Shown: in pieces, positions 1 to 9,935 of the stretch
How positions within the stretch are numbered: the first letter of the stretch is position 1
Layout: each line of letters begins with the position of its first letter
Sequence record: SRR22947725_4333
Reading direction: 5' to 3' (one strand)
Length of the DNA: 51,933 nt
Made by a program: the position numbers and the translations under genes
Notes under the pieces: generated by a model
The model's input: only the letters and a program-made list of their open reading frames with translations
Told to the model about the DNA's origin: nothing
The model's database searches: none

Positions 1-653
1 TTGAAGTGGTCAACTCTGGCCTGCCCCCAGAGCGCCAGCCAAATCTCTCCATTTGCATCAAAAGTTAAGCCATCGGGGGTGCCGTTTGTGGTGAAGCGCC
101 TATCGGTTGCCTCCAAGCCTGAGTAGCCGAAGTTATAGCAACGAATCTCCTCAACTGGGCCATCGACAAACCAGAACTCATTTCCCCACCAATCAAGGCC
201 GTTTGGAATGGTCAAATTAGAAAGTAGCTTCTGACAATCCCCCGATCTCGAGACTCTCCAAAGGCTCCCGGCCCCGTCGACGGCGTCGTAATCCATGACT
301 CCGACCCAAAGCGCTCCGTCGGGACCGATCTTTGCATCGTTGCTTCTGAGATTCTTTCCCTGTAACGGGACATCGGTTATCTTTTCGCGAGTCCCGTCCG
401 GGTACCGAATCACGATTTCTTTATTTTCACAGAGCACAAACTCGCCACCCAGCAGCGGCAGTGCCGCACCTACATCTCCCTCGGTCTCGAAGGATGATCG
501 GTGGACCGGAGTTGAGTTTTCAAGGTCAAATAGGTGAACGCGTCTATGAAAGATGTCAACAGTAGACAGCTGCTTGGTTACTGGATTCCAAACCGGTCCC
601 TCGCCAAGTTCAAATGAGTGGGCTCCGGTTGGCTTCGCCACAAAGTGTGTCAT
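1..653 (-). CDS. SMP-30/gluconolactonase/LRE family protein (3' end runs off the window)
   Basis: Hand translation from the ATG at 653 (ATGA overlap with the eda stop): MTHFVAKPTGAHSFELGEGPVWNP...RSNDAKIGPDGALWVGVMD...IPNGLDW...GTPDGLTFDANGEIWLALWG. GEGP, ND, PNG and PDG motifs of the family. Absent from the ORF track. Confidence 0.9.
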   Translation of the reverse strand, partial: MTHFVAKPTGAHSFELGEGPVWNPVTKQLSTVDIFHRRVHLFDLENSTPVHRSSFETEGDVGAALPLLGGEFVLCENKEIVIRYPDGTREKITDVPLQGKNLRSNDAKIGPDGALWVGVMDYDAVDGAGSLWRVSRSGDCQKLLSNLTIPNGLDWWGNEFWFVDGPVEEIRCYNFGYSGLEATDRRFTTNGTPDGLTFDANGEIWLALWGQARVDHF

Positions 654-1273
654 TTGGCGGACTCCTTTGCCGCTTTTGCGCGCCTTGTAATCTCCGCAAA
701 CTCTCCCTGAGCTATGAGATCCTTTGGCGCAATCCAGCTGCCAGAAACAGCAAAAACATTGGGCTGGGAGAGGTACTCCAGGTAGTTGTCCTGAGATACC
801 CCGCCACTTGGCATAAAGCTCAAATCCTGGAAGACAGCGCCCATTGACTGAACAAAACTTGGACCTCCAAGCAACTCCGCTGGGTAGATTTTGAGGCTGT
901 TGAAACCTTGACTTCTTGCGGTCAGAGCCTCCGAGGCCGAGGCAACACCAGGAATCCATGGGAAGCCACTTTCAGAGGCCGCCTCTGAAAGCTCCGCGGT
1001 AAAAGAAGGTGAAATGGCAAAGTCTGCGCCCGCCTGGATCACCTGACTGAACTGCTCGGCTGTTAGCACAGTGCCGGCAGCAACTGTCATGTCCCCCCTT
1101 TTTGCGGCTATCTCAAGTGACTCCATGGCACGGGGGGTACGCAGTGCAATCTCTACCAGATTCAACCCAGCCGCCAAGAGCGCATCTAAAAGCGGTTGTG
1201 TTTGACTGGTCTCTTCGATTACGACAAGAGGCACTATGCGAGAGCCAGTCCAAGGATTTGAGTTAGCTGACAC
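650..1273 (-). CDS. eda: KDPG/KHG aldolase
   Basis: EIALRT, AGTV, ISP, PGV, LKIYPA and MPSGGV motifs. Confidence 0.92.
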   Translation of the reverse strand: MSANSNPWTGSRIVPLVVIEETSQTQPLLDALLAAGLNLVEIALRTPRAMESLEIAAKRGDMTVAAGTVLTAEQFSQVIQAGADFAISPSFTAELSEAASESGFPWIPGVASASEALTARSQGFNSLKIYPAELLGGPSFVQSMGAVFQDLSFMPSGGVSQDNYLEYLSQPNVFAVSGSWIAPKDLIAQGEFAEITRRAKAAKESAK

Positions 1274-2563
1274 TTACTTCTGATCACTCACTCGAACTGA
1301 AGTAGCTGCATCGTTGAGAAACTCGGCCCTGAGTTCGGCGCCATGACCAGCCGTTTCCTCGATTTGGATTGAACCGCCAATCAATTTTGGGTAGGCCGTG
1401 GCCATCTGTCCGTACCAAGTGTGCCAAAATGCCCTTGCCACTTCTTGAACCTTAACGTTTGGACTTGCAAGCGACACCTGAGTCGCAACTGCCAGGGACA
1501 CAGGTCCAGTGCAGTCGTGGAATGCAGCGCTCATGCCAGCCTTATTCGACTCGTGGACAAGTGGAAGCGCGTCACTCAGGCCACCGCACCAACCCAAATC
1601 CATAATCATCACGTCAACGGCCCTTTGCTCGATTAGTAACTGATAACCGTTGAAGCCCGACCCGAGGTTCTCCCCACAGGCAACGGGCATTGAGGAGGCA
1701 TCCCTAAGCTTCGCGAGTTCGGGTGCACGATCGGCACGAATCGGATCTTCAATCCATGCCAGTGAGAATCTCTCGAGTTCCTGAATCAAACGGTGAGCCG
1801 CCTCCGGCTGCCACAATGAATGCAGTTCCAGATAGAGGTCCATCTCCATGCCGACCTCTTCCCTGATTGCCTCAAGTACGGAGATGCCGAAGCTGAGATC
1901 CGCATCTATGGCACCATTTGCCGCCTCGGCAGCGAGATCGAAGGGCCAAACCTTCATGCCGCGGTAGCCAGCGTCTAGTAGTTCTCTGGCCAATCTGGCA
2001 GGTTCGTGAAGGAATGCCCAAAGGTCTTCGTAGTCACCCTGCGGCCTCTCATCACCAGAGATGCCCCAGTTGCTGGAGGATTGCCTCGATTCAGCGCTCA
2101 CATATCGGTTACCCGAGCAGGTGTTGTAGGTATCCATCTGATTTGCAGATCTTGGATTCAAAAACTTTGCCAATGGTTGCTTGGCTCTTTTTGCGGCGAT
2201 GTCCCATAGTGCGATGTCGATTGCAGACCTAGCCCGAACCTCGGCTCCAGAACCAGAGTAGCCCACGTAACCATGAAGCATCTCGGTTACCTGTGCGGGG
2301 GAGGCATAGGGTTTCTCAGCCTGCAGGGTCGGATAAATGACATCGTGGACGTGAGCCTCCACAGAACTTGCCCCATAGAAGGTTTCGCCTAATCCGGTGA
2401 ATCCATCGCTGTCAGTCACTAGTACATGCGTGACGTTTGGTTGCAGAGGCGACCTGACCGTCTTTATGCTCTCGATTTTTGCCGTGGTATCGCTGAGCGC
2501 TTGAAGCTCGGCTAATTTTCTCAGTCCGGCTGAGTCCACCTCGGCAGTTTCAAATGAATTCAA
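1274..2563 (-). CDS. Mandelate racemase/enolase-superfamily enzyme, probable sugar-acid dehydratase
   Basis: GLGET, SAIDIALWDI, KVWPFD; metal ligands in LELH, WIEDP and CGENL; HDCTGP. Confidence 0.85.
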   Translation of the reverse strand: MNSFETAEVDSAGLRKLAELQALSDTTAKIESIKTVRSPLQPNVTHVLVTDSDGFTGLGETFYGASSVEAHVHDVIYPTLQAEKPYASPAQVTEMLHGYVGYSGSGAEVRARSAIDIALWDIAAKRAKQPLAKFLNPRSANQMDTYNTCSGNRYVSAESRQSSSNWGISGDERPQGDYEDLWAFLHEPARLARELLDAGYRGMKVWPFDLAAEAANGAIDADLSFGISVLEAIREEVGMEMDLYLELHSLWQPEAAHRLIQELERFSLAWIEDPIRADRAPELAKLRDASSMPVACGENLGSGFNGYQLLIEQRAVDVMIMDLGWCGGLSDALPLVHESNKAGMSAAFHDCTGPVSLAVATQVSLASPNVKVQEVARAFWHTWYGQMATAYPKLIGGSIQIEETAGHGAELRAEFLNDAATSVRVSDQK

Positions 2564-3498
2564 CCCACGAGCTCCCCTCTAGCCGCGTTTAGCTGTTCGC
2601 GAGTGACATACCCTTCCCAGTCACCAGGATTGGTGCAGGCCCGCGCACCACAATATGTTGCTCGAAAAAGTCTCTCTTCAGCTGGCTCATCATCCAGACA
2701 CGCACTCAGGTATCCAGCAACAAAGGCGTCGCCTGCACCCACAGTGTCAACGACTTCCACCTCGACAGCGGATCTTGCCATAACCTCTCCACCACTGAGA
2801 GAAATAGCTCCCTCATCTCCCAGCTTCATGACCACATGCTTAGGACCGAGCTGGGCAACTCGGTCCAGTAGGTCAGCATCATTCAGGGACTCTCCGGCAA
2901 TTAAGGACAGTTCTTCTCTATCTCCAAACACCACATCAGCCTCACGACAAAACTCCAAGTAGGTCGCTTTTGCAGCAAGCCCGTCCCAGAGCGCAGAGCG
3001 GTGGTTTACATCAAAGCTAACTAGAGCTCCGTTGCTCTTGCAGGTAGAAACCGCCTTACGCATCAGCTCTGCACAAGAGGAGGAGAGCATTGGTGTGATT
3101 CCAGAAAAGTGGAATAGCTTTGCCCCTTCAAAATCAGCTTCAGATATATCTGCTGGTCCCATGTTGCTAGCAGCCGAGCCTGACCTGTAGAAGCTTACAA
3201 ACCTCTCCTTTGACTTCGAGGGGCTCTTCACCATAAGGCCGGTTGGGTGGGAATTTGAAAACCGAACCGCGGTCTCGACACCCTCAGATTGAACACCTCT
3301 TGCGATCATTGACCCAAGCTCGTCATCACCCAGTGCGCTTATCCACTTTGAACTGTGGCTAAGCCTTGCAAGGGCGATTGCCACATTTGAATCAGAGCCT
3401 CCAAAACCTAGGGTTCCTCTAGAGCCATTCACAGGCGCACCAACATCATCAATACGCCAAAGCGCCATGGTCTCACCTAGGGTGACAACATCTGCCAT
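2560..3498 (-). CDS. kdgK: PfkB-family sugar kinase, 2-keto-3-deoxygluconate kinase-like
   Basis: LGETM, GGSDSNVAIALARL, FDVNHR, DTVGAGDAF; in an operon with eda. Confidence 0.8.
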   Translation of the reverse strand: MADVVTLGETMALWRIDDVGAPVNGSRGTLGFGGSDSNVAIALARLSHSSKWISALGDDELGSMIARGVQSEGVETAVRFSNSHPTGLMVKSPSKSKERFVSFYRSGSAASNMGPADISEADFEGAKLFHFSGITPMLSSSCAELMRKAVSTCKSNGALVSFDVNHRSALWDGLAAKATYLEFCREADVVFGDREELSLIAGESLNDADLLDRVAQLGPKHVVMKLGDEGAISLSGGEVMARSAVEVEVVDTVGAGDAFVAGYLSACLDDEPAEERLFRATYCGARACTNPGDWEGYVTREQLNAARGELVG

Positions 3499-3547
3499 AG
3501 AAGACTCCAGCGTACTTTCTGAAACTCTCGGCTAAGTATACGGGAAT

Positions 3548-3567
3548 TGGTCAAATTGGTAATACCA
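3548..3567. promoter_or_regulatory. Putative FadR/GntR operator between divergent promoters
   Basis: TGGTCAAATTGGTAATACCA contains TGGT-N3-ACCA. It is flanked by -10-like TATACT (minus strand) and TAGAAT (plus strand). Confidence 0.6.
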
Positions 3568-3640
3568 CTAGAATTGCCTGACCTGATGCAACAAACTGTA
3601 GCCAGGCTATTTAGTTCCAAATCCGCACAAGGAGGTCTGC

Positions 3641-4408
3641 ATGGCTGAGAAGAGGCCGGGGCAGGGGCTGGCAATCATTACCGGCGGTGCCGGTGATATT
3701 GGTTCGGCAATAGCCATGGAACTTGCGAGCGATGGCTGGGACCTGGTGCTTCTAGACGTTCGAGACCAGGAAGTCGGCAGCGCCAAGGCGTCAATGATTT
3801 CAGCTGCAACTGGAGCATCGGTCGACTACCGGGTCGCAGATCAGTGCAACTCAGAGCAGATGAATGCTGTGGTTGGTTCAATGCCCCGGCTGTCGCTAGT
3901 AGTTATTACCGCTGCCACCGTGAAGGCACAGCCATTTTTGGAAATCGAATTAGAGCATTGGAAAAATCAGATTGACCTGAATCTGACAGGTTCATTTATA
4001 GCCTCTCAGGCCGCGGCAAAGAGCATGAAGGCCAATGGCGTAAAAGGCCATGTGATTTTCATCAGCTCGTGGGTGGCATCGAGACCTTGGCCAGAGATAA
4101 CTGCCTACACTGCCTCAAAGGCGGGTGTTGAGCAGCTCATGCGACAGCTTGCTCTTGAGCTTGCTCCCGATGGAATCCGTGCCAACGCGATTGCACCCGG
4201 AATTGTGAAAGCCGGCCTTGCAAAGCATCAGCTAGAAACTGAACCCGCATACGCAAAACGGGTTGCATCAGCCATTCCGCTGGGAGAGCTCCAGGAGGCA
4301 AGCGATATTGGATCTGCGGTTAGGTTCATGGCCTCTAGCGGAGCGAAGACGATGACTGGCAGTGTCTTGACGGTGGACTCTGGATGCACCCTCGGACAGG
4401 TTAGGTAG
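3641..4408 (+). CDS. SDR family oxidoreductase
   Basis: TGGAGDIG, YTASK, NAIAPG. Confidence 0.92.
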   Translation: MAEKRPGQGLAIITGGAGDIGSAIAMELASDGWDLVLLDVRDQEVGSAKASMISAATGASVDYRVADQCNSEQMNAVVGSMPRLSLVVITAATVKAQPFLEIELEHWKNQIDLNLTGSFIASQAAAKSMKANGVKGHVIFISSWVASRPWPEITAYTASKAGVEQLMRQLALELAPDGIRANAIAPGIVKAGLAKHQLETEPAYAKRVASAIPLGELQEASDIGSAVRFMASSGAKTMTGSVLTVDSGCTLGQVR

Positions 4409-4413
4409 AGAAA

Positions 4414-5184
4414 GTGAAGCAAATTGATCTAAGTCGAGGCATGGTTTTTGTCACTGGAGGCGGCGGCTCAATTGGAGGCGCAATTTGTGTAGAGGCCGCT
4501 CGGGCCGGAGCGAAAGTAGCGGTGGCTGACTTCAATCTCGACGCGGCCAAGGCAACCTGCGAAAAAATCGAGGCAATCGGTGGCACAGCCTTGGCTTATG
4601 AGATAGATGTCACAAACCGCAATAACGTTGGTGAGGTCATGAAGAAAGCCGTCGCAGAACTGGGCGAAATGATTGGGCTTGTCACCGGTGCTGCTGTTCT
4701 TCGCACTGGTCCCGTTGCCGACCAGTCCGAGCAGGGCTGGAGAGACATCATGTCAGTAAACGTCGATGGGACATTTCATGCAGTTCAAGCTGCGGTGCCA
4801 CATTTGAGCGAATCCAAAGGCGCAATCGTGACCTTGGGGAGCGTCTCAGCGTTCATCGGATCCGATGAGGGAGCTGCCTACACCACTACCAAGGGTGCGG
4901 TGTTAAGTTTCACCTACGCCGTAGCCGGTGACCTGGCTCCTAGGGGAATTCGGGTAAATGCAGTTTCCCCCGGGTGGGTAGATGGTGGATTCACCCACCA
5001 GGCAATGAGCCAAATGGAAAATCCTGAGGAACTCGTCGAGACCGCGAGGAGAATGCACTATCTCGGACGAATGGCGACGCCAACCGACGTCGCCAATGCC
5101 GCAGTGTGGTTGCTATCCGACCAAGCCGCATTTGTCACCGGGACCTCACTCCTGGTTGACGGTGGCTACATGGTGAAGCACTAA
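4414..5184 (+). CDS. SDR family oxidoreductase
   Basis: TGGGGSIG, YTTTK, RVNAVSPG, VDGG. Confidence 0.92.
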   Translation: MKQIDLSRGMVFVTGGGGSIGGAICVEAARAGAKVAVADFNLDAAKATCEKIEAIGGTALAYEIDVTNRNNVGEVMKKAVAELGEMIGLVTGAAVLRTGPVADQSEQGWRDIMSVNVDGTFHAVQAAVPHLSESKGAIVTLGSVSAFIGSDEGAAYTTTKGAVLSFTYAVAGDLAPRGIRVNAVSPGWVDGGFTHQAMSQMENPEELVETARRMHYLGRMATPTDVANAAVWLLSDQAAFVTGTSLLVDGGYMVKH

Positions 5185-6023
5185 GACCAAGTAGTTCTCA
5201 AGAACAGGTGGTTGCCTGCTCGCCTGACACTTGTCAGATTCGCCCTCTTGTCGTTTCCCGGTGCAAGTGCAAGTCCCTCAATCAGCCCTGGCCGCTGCTC
5301 AGAGTCTGAGGAACCCACAATTACTGGGCTGAGGGTGAGAAACTCTTCGTCCAAGAGATTGGCAACGATCAAAGAGGCGTAAAGCCTTGGCCCGCCCTCA
5401 CACAAAACCGTCCGGCAGCCATATTCGTTGAAAAGTGCCTGATAGAGCCGCGGTAGGTCAACCTCTTTTCCAAAGCTGACTATCTCTGAGTTCGGCAGGT
5501 CATAGGCTTTGGCAACCTCCAAACCCGAATCTGTCGTGGCTATCAGAACCCGGAACCTAGGGTCAGAAAATATCGTCGCTTCAGGATTTAGCACTCCTGA
5601 GCCAGTGACGATTACTTGCAAAGGAGTTGGCTGCCGATTTTCAAGAGCCCTCAGCTCCGCAAAGGCTTCGGCGTCCGAGGGAAAAATGAACTCGGCTGTC
5701 CACTCATGTTCAAATTCAGTTCGGAGAGTGTTGGCTCCAACAACCACAGCATCGGCTCTTGCTCGAGCAAGAGCCATTACCCACTGATCATGTGGATTGA
5801 AGTCGCTCACATCTCCCCCGCCTTCATGCCCCGGGGTGCTGAAAGATACCCTTCCATCGTGGGAGAGAACAAAGTTTGAGTAGCTGTAGGGGCGCCCGAT
5901 TAGATCTGGTACCAACCACTCACCTCGATATATATCTCTCAGTTCTTGAGGCAGCCCTCGACCCAGACCAGCCGCTGCTTCCCAAAGCAATTCAAAATTG
6001 CTCCCCGGCCCGTGATAACTCAT
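5181..6023 (-). CDS. Stand-alone RibD C-terminal/dihydrofolate-reductase-fold reductase
   Basis: NFVLSHDGRV, ARADAVVVGANT, LCEGGPRL, LLDEEFLTLSPVIVG. Confidence 0.82.
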   Translation of the reverse strand: MSYHGPGSNFELLWEAAAGLGRGLPQELRDIYRGEWLVPDLIGRPYSYSNFVLSHDGRVSFSTPGHEGGGDVSDFNPHDQWVMALARARADAVVVGANTLRTEFEHEWTAEFIFPSDAEAFAELRALENRQPTPLQVIVTGSGVLNPEATIFSDPRFRVLIATTDSGLEVAKAYDLPNSEIVSFGKEVDLPRLYQALFNEYGCRTVLCEGGPRLYASLIVANLLDEEFLTLSPVIVGSSDSEQRPGLIEGLALAPGNDKRANLTSVRRAGNHLFLRTTWS

Positions 6024-6742
6024 GCCACTGGTCCGTTCACAACAATGGTTTGGCCGCTGATGCCGCTGGATTCTTGTGAGATTAGCCAGGAGCAGGTTGC
6101 GGCAACCTCCTGGGGTTCTATGAGCCTCCGGTAGCTAGTTTCGTTCTCCATTAGTTCCAATATCTCCCGCTCGGTTTTGCCTTGGCGCTGAGCAATTTTG
6201 GCGGCTAACGTCTTAAGCATCGGGCTAGCAACGTTGCCCGGACAAACAGCATTTGCTCTACCACCAAGTTCTGCAATTTCTGCTGCATAGGACTGCATAA
6301 AGCCAATGAGTGCAAATTTGCTGGCCACATAAACCGACCCGCCTGCTTCGCCTTTTAGGCCAGCCGTGGAGGAAATAAAGACGCATGAGAACCTTCGAGG
6401 ATTTGACCTCGCTGCACGCTGAATTGCGGCGCCTGTGTGAAAAGCGCCCTGAAGGTTTACTGCCATTAGACGGGAGTACTCCTCCCAATTGGTATCGGAA
6501 ACAAAGCCCGTGAGATTCAGACCCGCCGCATAAACAACACCGGTGATTGGCCCGCTGGCCTCGAGCTCAGCAACCAGCTCATCAACTGCGCGGCTTTGGG
6601 TGACATCGAGAGCAAAATTTCTGGCCCCTGGAAGCTCTATCTCGTCACGATCCGCTCCCACCACCTCTTGACCGGAGGCTATCAGCGACTCAACGCACGC
6701 TCTTCCAAGTGTTCCTGCTGCCCCAACTACTAGAACTGTCAT
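6020..6742 (-). CDS. SDR family oxidoreductase
   Basis: VGAAGTLG, YVASKF, NAVCPG. Confidence 0.9.
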   Translation of the reverse strand: MTVLVVGAAGTLGRACVESLIASGQEVVGADRDEIELPGARNFALDVTQSRAVDELVAELEASGPITGVVYAAGLNLTGFVSDTNWEEYSRLMAVNLQGAFHTGAAIQRAARSNPRRFSCVFISSTAGLKGEAGGSVYVASKFALIGFMQSYAAEIAELGGRANAVCPGNVASPMLKTLAAKIAQRQGKTEREILELMENETSYRRLIEPQEVAATCSWLISQESSGISGQTIVVNGPVA

Positions 6743-7734
6743 TCGCTTCTCACCAATCGCTGTGCCGCAACAAATATTGACTCCTCTCCCGGAACCACCG
6801 CCTCCTCGAGAGTGACAGCTCCCGGAATTGGTACATCGGGAACGGCGTGACGACCGAACTTCTTCATCTCAATTCCCGACTCCAAAACTCGAGTAACTAG
6901 CTCGGCAGAAAGACCAAAGCTTAGATAGTCCTCATCAACTACCAAGAGCTTTCCGGTCTTTGCAACAGATGCGGAAACGGTCTCGACATCCAACGGAACT
7001 ACGCTTCGAAGGTCAATCAGTTCTGCAGAAATGCCCTCTTTCTCTAATCTCTTTGCAGCTGCATAGCTCGAGAGTACGGTCCCACTCAGAGTTGCAATTG
7101 TCAGATCACTCCCTTCGAGAACAACACTTGCCTTGCCAATTGGAATCTCGTAGCGCTCCTGCGGAACATCAGACCCGAAGGGAAAATCCTCGGCACGAGT
7201 TAGCAGTAGCTTCTTGTGCTCAACGAAGACGACCGGATCATCAGAGACAATCGCCGCAGCCATAAGTCCCTTAGCGTCGAACGGGTTTGAGGGGGCAACC
7301 ACCTTTAGTCCCGGCAGGTGGGCAAATGTCCCCCACAGGCACTGTGAGTGCTGGGCACCAGAACCAATGCAGCCCCCGGCTGTCTTGATCACAATCGGCA
7401 TCCGAACCTTGCCGCCTGACATGTAATGGTTCTTGGCAATAGCGTTGTAAATCTGGTCCAGGCACACTCCCATGAAGTCAACGAACATAATCTCCAGGAT
7501 CGGTCGGTAGCCCTCCATTGCAAGTCCGACCCCCATTCCAGTTATTGCCGTCTCCGATATTGGCGTGTCAAGAACCCTTGTCGCGCCGAAGCTCTTCTGC
7601 AAACCCCTGGTGGCACCAAACACTCCACCTTGCTTGCCAACGTCCTCGCCGAGAACTACAACAGAATCATCACGCTCCATCTCAAGCTTGAGTGATTCCG
7701 CTATGCACTGGGAGAGATTTAAGTTTCTTGCCAT
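6739..7734 (-). CDS. TPP-dependent 2-oxoacid/acetoin dehydrogenase E1 beta subunit (AcoB-like)
   Basis: GEDVG, DTPISE, EIMFVDF, AQHSQ, IDLRSVVPLD. Confidence 0.92.
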   Translation of the reverse strand: MARNLNLSQCIAESLKLEMERDDSVVVLGEDVGKQGGVFGATRGLQKSFGATRVLDTPISETAITGMGVGLAMEGYRPILEIMFVDFMGVCLDQIYNAIAKNHYMSGGKVRMPIVIKTAGGCIGSGAQHSQCLWGTFAHLPGLKVVAPSNPFDAKGLMAAAIVSDDPVVFVEHKKLLLTRAEDFPFGSDVPQERYEIPIGKASVVLEGSDLTIATLSGTVLSSYAAAKRLEKEGISAELIDLRSVVPLDVETVSASVAKTGKLLVVDEDYLSFGLSAELVTRVLESGIEMKKFGRHAVPDVPIPGAVTLEEAVVPGEESIFVAAQRLVRSE

Positions 7735-7736
7735 AA

Positions 7737-8690
7737 TTACTCGCCCCCCACAAACACATGCTGGAGAGCCATTTCTGAAGAGGGCTTGGGGTCCAGCCTC
7801 ACCTCACTGAGCATCTTTTTTACTTCCCGCGCTATCGAGGATTCTTCTGCCTCAAGCTCCGCCTGAGTTGCAAGCTGAGAGTCCAAAACCTTTTTGCGGG
7901 TAATTGCAAGTGGGTCAACCGATCGCCTGTCCTCTTTCTCCTGCTCGGTGCGGTAAGTATCCGCATCGCCCTCGAAATGGCCGCGGAATCGGTAGCACAT
8001 TGCCTCGATAATTGTGGGCCCCTCACCACGCCTAGCTCGCGCCACCGCCTCTCCAAAGGCGCTCGCGACAGCCTCGACATCATTGCCGTCTACTCGCATT
8101 CCCTGTGCAGCCCACATCTGTGCCCTTTCGGCGATGGTTTCGGTTGCGCTTGCGGCTGAGAATGGAACCGAGATGGCCCACTCGTTATTCTCGACAACTA
8201 CAACCAACGGGAGTTTCAGCACGCCCGCAATGTTCATCGCCTCGTGGAAGGCTCCGGTGTTCACGGCTCCATCGCCGACAACCGCAACGGCAACGCTGTC
8301 TGAACCCCTGAGCCTTGAGGCGTAGGCGTGGCCGGCAGCAACCGGCATACCGGCCCCGACAATGCCCGTTGCAGAGAATTTCAAGCTTGAGTCCATTAGA
8401 TGCATATGCCCACCAAAGCCTCCGCAAAGACCACTCTCTCGCTCAAAAATCTCAGCCAACATCTTGCGCATGTCTACGCCCTTGGCTATCGCATGAAGGT
8501 GATTTCGATGGGTACTGCACATAGCATCATCAGCCCTTAGGAATCCGGCCATGCCTGCACCGATTGCCTCTTGACCAATTGCGGTGTGAAGCTCACCGTG
8601 AATTTCGCGAGTCGCTACTCCCTCGAGGCAAGCAAGTTCGAACTCTCGCATCCAGACCATGTATGAGTACCGCTGTCTAAGTGTTGCCAT
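7737..8690 (-). CDS. TPP-dependent dehydrogenase E1 alpha subunit (AcoA-like)
   Basis: GQEA, THR, GGHMH, TPP motif GDGA...ENN, YRFRGH. Confidence 0.92.
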   Translation of the reverse strand: MATLRQRYSYMVWMREFELACLEGVATREIHGELHTAIGQEAIGAGMAGFLRADDAMCSTHRNHLHAIAKGVDMRKMLAEIFERESGLCGGFGGHMHLMDSSLKFSATGIVGAGMPVAAGHAYASRLRGSDSVAVAVVGDGAVNTGAFHEAMNIAGVLKLPLVVVVENNEWAISVPFSAASATETIAERAQMWAAQGMRVDGNDVEAVASAFGEAVARARRGEGPTIIEAMCYRFRGHFEGDADTYRTEQEKEDRRSVDPLAITRKKVLDSQLATQAELEAEESSIAREVKKMLSEVRLDPKPSSEMALQHVFVGGE

Positions 8691-9132
8691 CGGGCTGTGC
8701 CTCCTCTAATTCGACTGCGTACCCCGCGGGGTCGGATAGGTAAGCGGCTCTTCCCTCCGAAAATTCTGTGACCTGTCCAACCAGCTTCCCTCCCGCAGCC
8801 AAGATCTCAGCAATCGCCTGGTCCAGATTGGAGACTAGAAATGCGACATGAGACCGACCAGGCTCAACGGGTGCCTGACCCTGATAGTTGGGGGGTATGT
8901 TGCGAAACTGAATAAGTTCGAGAACAGTTTCAGAAATTGGCGAGCTGCACTGCACCAGATCCGCCCTTAGCCCTGGGATGCCTGTGATGCTCTGAATTAG
9001 GTCTGACATATCCATCGCCTCAAAGACCGGCTCAAAACCAAAGCTCTTGCGGTAGAAGGTCAATGCAGTAGACAGGTCACGGACCGAGACGCCCGTGTGA
9101 TGCCAGTTTGTCGACGACAGAATCTTGCTCAT
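8677..9132 (-). CDS. VOC (glyoxalase/epimerase) family protein
   Basis: HHTGVSV, LELIQF, HVAFLV, DPAGYAVELEE (H/E/H/E ligands). Start at 9132 chosen for its ATGA overlap with the TauE stop. Confidence 0.88.
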   Translation of the reverse strand: MSKILSSTNWHHTGVSVRDLSTALTFYRKSFGFEPVFEAMDMSDLIQSITGIPGLRADLVQCSSPISETVLELIQFRNIPPNYQGQAPVEPGRSHVAFLVSNLDQAIAEILAAGGKLVGQVTEFSEGRAAYLSDPAGYAVELEEAQPDGNT

Positions 9133-9899
9133 TTTCTTGACCGCCAAACCATTTGTGCTCCTGCAAAGATTAGGACTACCGCAAATGCAGTCTGCAATGC
9201 ACTGGGGTCCGTTGCAAGAGCAAGTGATGCACCCGCGACGGCTGAGAAAGCGGCCACGCTTCCGATTCGAACTCCCTGTCCCCAGTTGGTGAAGCCACCG
9301 GAGGTGAGTCGAAAAGCGCCAAGGAGCGTCACAGGGATCATTACCGCTAGAGATGTTCCAGCGGCTAGCTGCTGTGTGAAGCCAAAGACGCTAATTAGAA
9401 GCGGAACAACGACGACTCCTCCCCCAACGCCAAAGAACACCGAGAAAAAGCCCATTGCAAGCCCAGCTGCTAGATACCCAAGGGATGTTGCCGAATTCAC
9501 TGCCAATGGGACGACCGTCGAAATTTGCCAGGCTTCAAATCCAATCTGGACCGCAACCAGAATCAATATGATTCCAAAGCCCAGGGTCAAAAATCTGTCT
9601 GGAGTTTTCCTAACCAGATTAGATCCAAACCATGTTCCAACAAGGCCACCTGCGATCAAAAGCGGAACAGCCTGCCAAAAGATTGACCCACCGACTGCAT
9701 ATGTAATCGCGCCTAATACCGCTGAAAAGGCGACAACAACCAAAGAGGTAGCCTGTGCCTTCTTTTGCACGACCTTGAAAACCAAGACCAAGATTGGGAC
9801 CAGAACTATGCCCCCACCTATTCCAAAGAGCCCAGACAACATACCCACTAATAGGCCGAGCCCGACGTCGCGCAGCGCTTGGTATGACCAGTTGGACAT
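9129..9899 (-). CDS. TauE/SafE family (sulfite exporter-like) membrane protein
   Basis: Two repeats, GLFGIGGG..VP..AQATSL and FFGVGGG..VP..AAGTSL. Probably leaderless (TACTAT-N6-ATG at 9899). Confidence 0.88.
   Translation of the reverse strand: MSNWSYQALRDVGLGLLVGMLSGLFGIGGGIVLVPILVLVFKVVQKKAQATSLVVVAFSAVLGAITYAVGGSIFWQAVPLLIAGGLVGTWFGSNLVRKTPDRFLTLGFGIILILVAVQIGFEAWQISTVVPLAVNSATSLGYLAAGLAMGFFSVFFGVGGGVVVVPLLISVFGFTQQLAAGTSLAVMIPVTLLGAFRLTSGGFTNWGQGVRIGSVAAFSAVAGASLALATDPSALQTAFAVVLIFAGAQMVWRSRK
9880..9899. promoter_or_regulatory. Putative FadR/GntR operator
   Basis: TGGTATGACCA; the reverse complement ATGTCCAACTGGTCATACCA aligns with the sites at 3548 and 17150; located at the divergent TauE/GGT junction. 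Confidence 0.55.
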
Positions 9900-9935
9900 G
9901 TTGCTATAGTAGAGCATTCATCCTGGAGCTAACCT

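Noticed and set aside
9097-9909. 270-aa plus-strand ORF and the many other antisense ORFs in the track
   Set aside because: They are shadows of well-supported opposite-strand genes and have no recognisable motifs.
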